A stretch of DNA of 64,000 bases from IMG/VR virus record IMGVR_UViG_3300030117_007612, positions 96,001-160,000 of that record; one strand, written 5' to 3'. Below the pieces are notes generated by a model. The model had not been told where the DNA came from and searched no databases. It saw only the letters and a program-made list of their open reading frames with translations. Shown piece after piece: positions 56,510-64,000 of the stretch. This DNA is from a virus. Lineage: Duplodnaviria; Caudoviricetes. How positions within the stretch are numbered: position 1 is the stretch's first letter; every line of letters begins with the position of its first letter. The translations under genes were made by a program, and so were the position numbers.

Positions 56510-57674
56510 TGACAACAAAAGCTGTGTTGGTGTCTATTCTGGTGGGGAGCTTATATTCAATAAGCTACCGGAGAATTTAACCAAAACGTGGAAATACGCA
56601 GCTTATCTGGACAATATGGATGTTGAATATGCATATATTTATGCAAACGGTCAACAATTGGCCGAAGTATGCCCCGAGCACCTGCTGGGCGATTGGAAGC
56701 GCGTGAAAAAGAAGTTTGAGGCATATTTGAAAACCTTTCAAATAGCTAAAGTTTCATTATATGACAATTGTTTGTATGATTTGGTACCTCATGGGTTTTT
56801 GAAGGAATTCTTTAATGTTCGAAACAACATCACAAAGCATGTTTTTGAAAATTATGATAAACCCGACAACTACGATTTCTTGAGCGAAACATACAAAACA
56901 GTATACGACATAAAACACCAGCAACTAAACATCGATTATAATTCTATTCAAAAGGCTAGCCTCTCGCATGCTATGAAGGGCTATCTTCATAATTTGAAAA
57001 AATACGAAAAACGCTGCTCATACAACATATTCGGAACAAAAACAGGCCGGTTTACTAACACCTCAGATTCTTTTCCAATATTGACAATGCCGAAAGCCTT
57101 GAGGGGGGTAATTAAGCCACAAAATGATTGGCTACTGGCTTTGGATTACAATGGAGCCGAGGTCAGAACGCTGCTGTCCCTTTTGGGGGAACAACAGCCA
57201 GAGCACGACATCCATGAATGGAATGCAAAAAATATATTTGATAAAACACTCGATCGCGATGAAGCTAAAAAGAGATTTTTTGCATGGCTCTATAACCCCA
57301 AGTCTGATGATGTAAGTTCTGAATTCTACGATCGTGATAAAATTATTGAGAAGTACTGGAGCGACGGGGAGCTTCAAACCGTCTATGGCAGGCGGATCAA
57401 AGTCAACAAAGAGAAAGCATTAAATTATTGCCTGCAAAGTACGTGTGCCGACACTATATCCGATCGCATGAATGTGATTCATAATTTTTTGAAAGATAAA
57501 AAATCAAAAATTGCATTTTCCGTGCATGATGAGATTGTGATTGATATGGCAAATGAGGAAAAAGGCCACATACCAGAGTTAGTCGAACTGTTCTCCAATA
57601 ACAAATTGGACAAGTTTTCGACAACTGTTAAGGCTGGCAAAAACTTCGGTGATTTAAGGAAACTAAACCTATGA
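56484..57674 (+). CDS. compact family A DNA polymerase domain
   Basis: TKTGRF, motif A LDYNGAEVR, motif B RDEAKKRFFAWLY, NYCLQSTCAD, motif C VHDEI. Confidence 0.85.
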   Translation: MHVIFQAIDDNKSCVGVYSGGELIFNKLPENLTKTWKYAAYLDNMDVEYAYIYANGQQLAEVCPEHLLGDWKRVKKKFEAYLKTFQIAKVSLYDNCLYDLVPHGFLKEFFNVRNNITKHVFENYDKPDNYDFLSETYKTVYDIKHQQLNIDYNSIQKASLSHAMKGYLHNLKKYEKRCSYNIFGTKTGRFTNTSDSFPILTMPKALRGVIKPQNDWLLALDYNGAEVRTLLSLLGEQQPEHDIHEWNAKNIFDKTLDRDEAKKRFFAWLYNPKSDDVSSEFYDRDKIIEKYWSDGELQTVYGRRIKVNKEKALNYCLQSTCADTISDRMNVIHNFLKDKKSKIAFSVHDEIVIDMANEEKGHIPELVELFSNNKLDKFSTTVKAGKNFGDLRKLNL

Positions 57675-58507
57675 TCAGTGTGATTGGAGTTGGTACCGCC
57701 GGAATTAACGTAGCGGAAAAGTTCGCAGGCTACCCGCAGTATAATATTTATAAAGTTGGCGACGTCAAGGGAGAAAACAAAAACGAATATCAATGGCGAC
57801 CAGATAATATGGAGCCCGAATTTATCGAAGAAAACACACCAGATTTAAAACAATTTTTTAGTGAAGTTGATAATGATATATATTTCATAATTGCTGGTGA
57901 CTCTTTGCTGGCAAACGCAACGCTGGCCCTTTTAGAGCAAGTAAAAGATCACAAAATCAGCGTCTTCTTTTTACATCCCGAAGTCAAGTTGTTAACAGCC
58001 AAAAAGAAACTCCAGAACCGCGCCATATTTAATGTATTACAGGAGTATACACGTTCGGGACTGTTTGTTTCATTAAATGTAATCAATAATTACAATTTCG
58101 AAAGCATTCTTGGTTCAATTCCAATAAAAAACTATTGGGACAATATCAATAGTACAATTGTTTCTTCGATTCACATGATGAATGTTTTTAGATTTTCAAA
58201 GCCAATGCTGGGCAAACTTCATGAATCACAAAGCATATCTAGGATCCGAACCTTTGGCATTGTTGCAATGAAAGATTTTGAAGAAAAGTTGTTTTTTGAG
58301 CTTGACAACGTTAGGGAAAAGAGATATTATATAGGTATAAATGAAGAAACACTAGAAAGTGACGAAGGGCTGTATACTAAAATCTTGACCAATATAAGCA
58401 ACAAATCAGAAGATGGCGAAATTGATGTTTCATACGCAATTTATCCAACTAAGTATGATTACGACTTAGCTTATTGTGAACATTCAACACACTTTATTCA
58501 AACATAA
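57671..58507 (+). CDS. degenerate tubulin/FtsZ-like protein
   Basis: N-term VIGVGTAGINVA Rossmann/T1 loop; the GGGTG loop position reads AGDSLLAN. Confidence 0.5.
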   Translation: MISVIGVGTAGINVAEKFAGYPQYNIYKVGDVKGENKNEYQWRPDNMEPEFIEENTPDLKQFFSEVDNDIYFIIAGDSLLANATLALLEQVKDHKISVFFLHPEVKLLTAKKKLQNRAIFNVLQEYTRSGLFVSLNVINNYNFESILGSIPIKNYWDNINSTIVSSIHMMNVFRFSKPMLGKLHESQSISRIRTFGIVAMKDFEEKLFFELDNVREKRYYIGINEETLESDEGLYTKILTNISNKSEDGEIDVSYAIYPTKYDYDLAYCEHSTHFIQT

Positions 58508-58515
58508 AATAACAC

Positions 58516-58544
58516 TTTACATTACCACAAATAGTGGTTATAAT
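58516..58544 (+). promoter_or_regulatory. sigma70-like promoter
   Basis: TTTACA-17 nt-TATAAT upstream of SSB. Confidence 0.7.
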
Positions 58545-58619
58545 AGCTTTAGATATCGGGAACATTTGCTCGATATACTATACGTGCAATAGCACAAAAT
58601 GACAAAAGGAGAAAATTAA

Positions 58620-59384
58620 ATGTCAATCAACATGGAACTAATGAGAGAAAAGCTCTCAACCCTTCGGGGCGAAAACGAAAACAACAAGTCGGATGTATTC
58701 TGGCGCCCACCAGAGGGCGAGTCTATCATCCGAATCGTACCAACAGACGATGGGGACCCCTTCAAGGAGGTTCACTTTCACTATAATGTGCCCAACTATA
58801 AGGGCGGCATTATGTGCCCAAAACGCAATTTCGGCGATCGTTGCCCAATTTGCGACTTTGCTTCTTCAGTGTGGCGTGAAGGCGTCGACAACAATGATGA
58901 AGAAAGCAAGAAGCTGGCCAAGTCCTTGTTTGTTCGGGCCCGATACTTTTCACCGGTAATTTCTCGCGATGACGAGGATGCAGGCGTCAAGGTTTACGGC
59001 TACGGCAAGAAGGCTTATGAGCTTTTGCTGGGATATGTATTGGATCCCGAGTACGGAGATATCACAGATGCCGATGAGGGCACGGACATCGCAGTGACAT
59101 ATACCAAGCCAACGCGCCCCGGCGCATACCCTCAAACTAGCATGAAGATGCGACGTTCAACGTCGCCACTTCTGGAGGATCAGGAGCGAATCCCTGCCCT
59201 CTTGGATAGTGTGCCTGATATTATGGCACTATTCAAACGCTCGACTCCGGAGGAGATCGACCAAATCCTTGACGAATATTTGTCAGGAGACGCCAGTGCA
59301 GAGCAGCGATCAAGCGAGACCCACAAGTACGAAAAAGAAACAAATAGTGTGGACGCTGCTTTTGACGAGCTACTGGCTGGCTAA
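58620..59384 (+). CDS. single-stranded DNA-binding protein (T4 gp32-like)
   Basis: FWRP..G...IRI.P, H..C...CPIC zinc site, G.D.TD..EG.D, acidic tail DAAFDELLAG. Confidence 0.85.
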   Translation: MSINMELMREKLSTLRGENENNKSDVFWRPPEGESIIRIVPTDDGDPFKEVHFHYNVPNYKGGIMCPKRNFGDRCPICDFASSVWREGVDNNDEESKKLAKSLFVRARYFSPVISRDDEDAGVKVYGYGKKAYELLLGYVLDPEYGDITDADEGTDIAVTYTKPTRPGAYPQTSMKMRRSTSPLLEDQERIPALLDSVPDIMALFKRSTPEEIDQILDEYLSGDASAEQRSSETHKYEKETNSVDAAFDELLAG

Positions 59385-59392
59385 TGTGCTAG

Positions 59393-59431
59393 TCCCGCAG
59401 GGAGGCACGGGGAACAGGTGCCTCATTTTTT
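59393..59431 (+). other. intergenic hairpin / possible pseudoknot or terminator
   Basis: GAGGCAC (59402-08) pairs with GTGCCTC (59418-24), followed by ATTTTTT. Confidence 0.5.
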
Positions 59432-59450
59432 ATACCAATTAGAGGATTTT

Positions 59451-60596
59451 ATGGCAAGAGCTAAAAAAGTAAAGGCCGGAAAGCTTTCTATGTCTGATAT
59501 GCGCAAGCTCATCAACAAGAAGGCCGGCCAAAATGTAGCACATGATTTAACTGATGAGAACCCAACGTCAGTTAAGCAATGGATCCCCACCGGCTCTCGG
59601 TGGCTTGATTCAATTATTTGCCGCGGCAAACGTGCGGGTATTCCAGTAGGCAAGGTTTCGGAAATTGCCGGCCTTGAAGCGACCGGCAAGTCATACATGG
59701 CCGCGCAGATTGCTGCGAATGCTCAAAAAATGGGGATTGACGTTATCTATTTTGATTCTGAGTCGGCAATCGACCCGGCGTTCCTTGAGCGTGCTGGTTG
59801 TGATTTAAATAGCTTGCTGTACGTTCAGGCTGTTTCTGTTGAGTTTGTACTTGAAACAATTGAGGATCTGCTAGGAAATAATGAAAATCAGATGTTATTC
59901 ATCTGGGATTCACTGGCTTTGACCCCAAGTGTTTCTGATGTTGAGGGTGATTTTAATCCACAATCTTCCATGGCAGTAAAGGCAAGAATCCTTGCCAAGG
60001 GCATGTCAAAACTCACAGTGCCAATCGCGGACACTCAGTCGACTTTTTTGGTACTAAACCAATTAAAGACGAATATTCCGCAAGGCCCAATGGCACGTAT
60101 TGAGGCAATGACAACTCCATATATGACGCCCGGCGGAAAAGCGATGCATTATGCTTATTCTTTGCGAATTTGGTTGACTGGACGAAAAGCAAAGTCATCA
60201 TACATTGAGGATGAGAATGGGTTTCGCATTGGCTCCGAAGTTAAGGCCAAGATCGAAAAGTCGAGGTTTGGTACTGCCGGCCGCAACTGTAACTTTAGAA
60301 TCATGTGGTCTGACAGCGTTAGAATTCTTGATGAAGAAAGTTGGTTTAACGCAATTAAGGGATCCAAGCACTTGACTTCGTCCGGCGCATGGTACACGCT
60401 TGATATGGGCAACAACACCACAAAGAAGTTTCAACCATCTCGATGGGCTGATATTATTATGAATGATGAAAATTTCAGAGAGAGGGTGTTGAGCATAATG
60501 GACGAAGAGGTGGTTCTTAAATTCGAACTGCGAGAAGGAAAAGCATCAGATTTTTACGAGGATGAATCTGCAGATCAAACAACACAAAGTGCTTGA
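59451..60596 (+). CDS. recA: RecA/UvsX recombinase
   Basis: IPTGS..LD, Walker A GLEATGKS, FDSE.AID, IWDS, LNQL, TPGGKA; ATG 59451 with SD GAGG. Confidence 0.93.
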   Translation: MARAKKVKAGKLSMSDMRKLINKKAGQNVAHDLTDENPTSVKQWIPTGSRWLDSIICRGKRAGIPVGKVSEIAGLEATGKSYMAAQIAANAQKMGIDVIYFDSESAIDPAFLERAGCDLNSLLYVQAVSVEFVLETIEDLLGNNENQMLFIWDSLALTPSVSDVEGDFNPQSSMAVKARILAKGMSKLTVPIADTQSTFLVLNQLKTNIPQGPMARIEAMTTPYMTPGGKAMHYAYSLRIWLTGRKAKSSYIEDENGFRIGSEVKAKIEKSRFGTAGRNCNFRIMWSDSVRILDEESWFNAIKGSKHLTSSGAWYTLDMGNNTTKKFQPSRWADIIMNDENFRERVLSIMDEEVVLKFELREGKASDFYEDESADQTTQSA

Positions 60597-60621
60597 CTTT
60601 TGCCTCCCCCAGAGTTATAAT
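60593..60621 (+). promoter_or_regulatory. sigma70-like promoter
   Basis: TTGACT-17 nt-TATAAT upstream of the UV endonuclease. Confidence 0.75.
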
Positions 60622-60651
60622 AATATATAACCTTGAGGGAGGTATTCGTTT

Positions 60652-61581
60652 ATGAGAAACTATGGCTACGCATGTATTAATATGGGATTTTCAAATCGTC
60701 CCAAGTCCCAGCGCATCACAACCAATCGCACTATGATCAAGCGCACCTTTCAAGAAAAAGGTGTCGAATATGCTTCAGAGCTAGCTCTGCAGAATTTGCG
60801 CGATTTACGCAAGATCCTTGAATGGAATCTTGCTAACGATATTTACTTTTACCGATTGTCGTCAGACATCATTCCGTGGGCTAGCGAGTACAATTTACAG
60901 GACATGCCCAACTTTGGCGCTATCCATGCCGCGGCCCTATCCGCTGGTAATTTTGCGCGCCAACATAACATGCGCCTTACATCACACCCCGGCCCGTTCA
61001 ATAAATTAGCCTCGCCCAAGGAGCGAGTATTTCAGCTCACCAAGACTGATTTGACTGTGCATGGCGATTTGTTTGACCTTATCGGTTTGCCACGCACGCC
61101 GTATGCCAAGCTCAATATTCACGTCGGCGCAGCCTACGGTGACAAGCCTTTTGCTCTCGACAATTTTTGTCGCAATTTTGAGCGCCTACCGGAAAATGTT
61201 CGTACCCGCCTCACCGTCGAAAACGATGACAAGCCGTCACTTTACTCCACACAGGAATTATATGACGGCGTGTACAAGCGCATTGGCATACCTATCGTGT
61301 TCGACTATCATCATCACATGCTGCATCCCGGCGGCCAGTCTGAGCAAGAGGCGCTTGAGCTAGCCCTTTCTACGTGGGGCGACATCAAGCCCGTCGTGCA
61401 CTATGCTGAGTCCCGCTCCGTCGAGCACAACAATCCCAAGATCAAACCACAAGCACACTCAGACATGATTCGCAACCCTTTTGACGACTATGGCCACGAT
61501 CTCGATGTTATGATCGAGGCCAAGCACAAAGAACTTGCATTGCTAGAATATCGCAAGCTTTCATTAGAGAAGGCCGCATGA
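60652..61581 (+). CDS. uvsE: UV damage endonuclease (UvsE/UVDE)
   Basis: GYACIN, FYRLSSD, RLTSHPG.F, IHVG, ENDD, DYHHH, P.VHY.E, AHSD, DVMIEAK.KE. Confidence 0.95.
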   Translation: MRNYGYACINMGFSNRPKSQRITTNRTMIKRTFQEKGVEYASELALQNLRDLRKILEWNLANDIYFYRLSSDIIPWASEYNLQDMPNFGAIHAAALSAGNFARQHNMRLTSHPGPFNKLASPKERVFQLTKTDLTVHGDLFDLIGLPRTPYAKLNIHVGAAYGDKPFALDNFCRNFERLPENVRTRLTVENDDKPSLYSTQELYDGVYKRIGIPIVFDYHHHMLHPGGQSEQEALELALSTWGDIKPVVHYAESRSVEHNNPKIKPQAHSDMIRNPFDDYGHDLDVMIEAKHKELALLEYRKLSLEKAA

Positions 61582-61880
61582 ATAAGATCGATCACATTGC
61601 TCTGACAACGCCTGAGCCACAAAAGTCGGCCGAATGGTATTGTGACCAATTTGGCGCAAGCCTCCTGTATTCTGATGAGACATGGGCCGTGGTTCAATTT
61701 GAGAACATCAAGCTAGCGTTTGTAACCAAAACACAGCACCCTGCCCATATTGCATTTGAGGTTGAAGAATTCGACCTTAATGAAAAAACCAAGAAACATA
61801 GAGACGGCACCACTTCTGTTTACAAAAGTGATCCGTGGAAAAATATTTACGAACTGATCCAATACGGAAATGAAAAATGA
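61578..61880 (+). CDS. VOC/glyoxalase-family protein
   Basis: IDHIAL, HIAF, D.W.N..ELI. Confidence 0.8.
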   Translation: MNKIDHIALTTPEPQKSAEWYCDQFGASLLYSDETWAVVQFENIKLAFVTKTQHPAHIAFEVEEFDLNEKTKKHRDGTTSVYKSDPWKNIYELIQYGNEK

Positions 61881-62848
61881 AAAGACTTTTAATTATCGAT
61901 GGCCTAAATGCTTACCTGAGAGCCTATATCGTTGATCCTAGTTTATCTACAAATGGGCAACCAATTGGAGGTGTTAAGGGTTTCTTAAAAATCATCCAAA
62001 AGCTTATCAGAGAAATTAAGCCAGACAGTGTTTTTATTGCATGGGATGGGCCTAACGGCTCTAAAAAACGCAAGACAATGGACAAGAACTACAAAGAGGG
62101 TCGGAAACCGATACGCCTTAATAGATCTGTGCGCAATCTTACTGAAGCGGAGGAGTTGGAAAATAAAATCTGGCAACAAACTCGACTATTTGAGTATTTG
62201 AATTGTCTGCCCATAATTCAGGTTTTGATACCAGAAACAGAAGCAGATGATGTTATCTCCTACGTCACACAGCTGCCAGATTATGCAGATTGGCAAAAAG
62301 TCATAGTATCAAATGATCGAGATTTCCTACAATTGTGCGATGATAAGACTGTTTTATATCGGCCTGTTAAAAAAGAAGTTTACAACAAAAACAAGATTAT
62401 TGAAGAGTATGGAATTCACCCTACAAACATGGCTCTGGCCCGGGCCATTGCTGGTGATGCTTCTGACAATCTGCCCGGCATTAAGGGTGTCGGTATGGGC
62501 GGTATAAAAAAACGGTTGCCTTTTTTGTCAGAAGAGAAGACTTTTACGTCGGATGATGTCATTGAATTTTGTGATAGTACGGAAAGTAAGTTAAAGTTTT
62601 ACCAGAACATTGCCGAAAATCAAGAGATCGTGGATCATAATTATAAAATGATGCAACTTTATTCTCCTCAATTGTCCTATCAGGGCAAAAATAAAATTAA
62701 GTATGCAGTTCGGGAATTCGAATGTGAATTCAATAAGATAGAATTTATGCGTATGATGATTGAGGATGGTTTTGGCGAGTGGGACTGGTCAGAATTGAAA
62801 CTTAAGATGAATTCCTTTGTCGTTGATAGGAACAAAATGACTAGTTAA
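61877..62848 (+). CDS. 5'-3' exonuclease / flap endonuclease (T4 RNase H-like)
   Basis: IIDG.N, AWDG, YK.GRK, EADD.I, SNDRDF.QL, GD.SDN.PGI.GVG. Confidence 0.93.
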   Translation: MKRLLIIDGLNAYLRAYIVDPSLSTNGQPIGGVKGFLKIIQKLIREIKPDSVFIAWDGPNGSKKRKTMDKNYKEGRKPIRLNRSVRNLTEAEELENKIWQQTRLFEYLNCLPIIQVLIPETEADDVISYVTQLPDYADWQKVIVSNDRDFLQLCDDKTVLYRPVKKEVYNKNKIIEEYGIHPTNMALARAIAGDASDNLPGIKGVGMGGIKKRLPFLSEEKTFTSDDVIEFCDSTESKLKFYQNIAENQEIVDHNYKMMQLYSPQLSYQGKNKIKYAVREFECEFNKIEFMRMMIEDGFGEWDWSELKLKMNSFVVDRNKMTS

Positions 62849-62861
62849 TCGTGTTGCATTA

Positions 62862-62891
62862 TTGACAATCAAGCAATTAGTGTTATATAAT
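62862..62891 (+). promoter_or_regulatory. sigma70-like promoter
   Basis: TTGACA-18 nt-TATAAT upstream of the helicase. Confidence 0.6.
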
Positions 62892-62911
62892 ATAATTCAA
62901 AGTGAGGGCAC

Positions 62912-64000
62912 ATGAAAGAGCAGGCTAGCTTCTCAAAATTTGGCACTTCTTTCCAAGAAGGGTTATGTCAACTTATATTCGAAGATCGACCGTTCGCAGA
63001 TCAAATCATGGAAGTTTTGGATATCAATTTCCTTGAATTGGAGTATCTTCGGGTATTCGTCAGCAAGTTGTTTACGTATCGTGCAAAGTACAATCTTCAT
63101 CCCGTCGCGGATACCATTGAAACAATCCTACAGACGGAATTGGAAAGTGAAAACGAGGTTACAAGACAACAGGCGATCGAGTACTTTGCTAAGATTCAAG
63201 AGAGCGGCTTACATGATTCGGAATACATCAAAGATACCGCTCTGGATTTTTGCCGAAAGCAAAAATTAAAGGAGGCAATGCTACGTTCCGTTAATTTGCT
63301 TAAAAAGTCGTCTTTTGATGAGATATCGAAAGTAATCAATGAAGCCCTAATTTTGGGTTCTGATACTAATTTTGGATATGATTATCTTGTCGATTTTGAG
63401 GAGAGATTCAAACCCAAGTTCAGAAACCCCGTTACAACTGGCTGGGACGAGATTGATTCCATCTGTGGGGGTGGCCTAGGGAAGAATGAATTGGGCGTAG
63501 TCATAGCCCCTACAGGCGCCGGCAAAAGCATGGTTCTTGTACACCTTGGCGCTCAAGCGGTGCTTCAAGGTAAGACTGTGATTCATTATACTTTAGAATT
63601 GCAAGATTCTGTAATCGCCAAAAGATACGATAGTTGCATAGTTGGGTACCCTCTTGGCGAATTGAGCAATTTTAAAGATGAGATTTTTGAAAACATCAAG
63701 GACATATCAGGACAGTTGATTATCAAAGAATACCCAACCAAGAGCGCCAGCACTAATACTATAAAATCACATCTATCGTCACTCATGAAGCGGGGCATTC
63801 AGCCCGGCATGATTATTGTTGATTACGGCGACTTGTTGCGGCCAGTTTCAATTCAAAAAGAAAAGAGAAACGAACTGGAAACAATTTACGAAGAACTACG
63901 TTGTATTGCTGGTGAATTTCAATGCCCTGTTTGGACCGCCTCTCAAACAAATCGCTCAGGCCTGAATGCCGAGGTAATAACAATGGAGTCAATTTCAGAA
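62912..64000 (+). CDS. replicative DNA helicase (gp41/DnaB-like), truncated at window end, missing from ORF track
   Basis: Own translation: TTGW.EID..GGGL, Walker A APTGAGKS, YTLE, IIVDYGDL, WTASQTNR. Confidence 0.92.
   Translation, partial: MKEQASFSKFGTSFQEGLCQLIFEDRPFADQIMEVLDINFLELEYLRVFVSKLFTYRAKYNLHPVADTIETILQTELESENEVTRQQAIEYFAKIQESGLHDSEYIKDTALDFCRKQKLKEAMLRSVNLLKKSSFDEISKVINEALILGSDTNFGYDYLVDFEERFKPKFRNPVTTGWDEIDSICGGGLGKNELGVVIAPTGAGKSMVLVHLGAQAVLQGKTVIHYTLELQDSVIAKRYDSCIVGYPLGELSNFKDEIFENIKDISGQLIIKEYPTKSASTNTIKSHLSSLMKRGIQPGMIIVDYGDLLRPVSIQKEKRNELETIYEELRCIAGEFQCPVWTASQTNRSGLNAEVITMESISE

Noticed and set aside
696-63798. Numerous 60-150 aa minus-strand and alternate-frame ORFs in the track
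   Set aside because: They lie inside well-supported + strand genes, lack SD and motifs, and are typical shadow ORFs, especially over Ser/Thr/Gly/Ala-rich genes.
1-64000. Stop-codon reassignment as in some huge phages
   Set aside because: Conserved genes are full length in code 11 and end properly at TAG (9977) and TGA (15265).
13682-64000. Inteins or introns in terL, polymerase, RecA or helicase
   Set aside because: Motif spacing is continuous and no splice-junction or homing endonuclease motifs were seen.
1-64000. tRNA or rRNA genes
   Set aside because: The intergenic gaps are short and none showed a cloverleaf or T-loop signature by eye.

Overview
The window is a 64 kb piece of a large T4-like (myovirus, jumbo/huge-phage type) dsDNA bacteriophage genome, not a cellular chromosome. 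Essentially all real genes are on the + strand and use standard code 11. Order: four paralogous virion genes; RuvC-like resolvase, FKBP PPIase, primase and a fused Mre11-Rad50 (SbcD-SbcC); a putative holin/spanin-like trio; a cluster of small proteins sharing an MK(I/L)TxxxLRxII(K/R)EE motif; terminase, portal, an FtsZ/tubulin homolog, prohead protease, ribosomal protein bS21, large mosaic Ser/Thr/Gly-rich fibre-like proteins, scaffold and major capsid; neck genes, two tandem tail sheaths, tube, tail chaperone with a probable programmed frameshift, tape measure and baseplate genes; then a compact family A polymerase, a second degenerate tubulin-like gene, gp32-like SSB, RecA, UvsE, a VOC protein, a 5'-3' exonuclease and a truncated helicase. 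Two promoter classes are visible: sigma70-like before replication genes and ACTANTTA before virion genes. The most notable observations are the shared leader/protease-site protein family, an unannotated 32-aa poly-Cys peptide coupled by ATGA overlaps, the T7 slippery site in the tail chaperone, pervasive [ST]-[GA]-S motifs in virion proteins, duplicated sheaths and two tubulin-family genes. Functional calls come from motif recognition by eye; no searches were run.
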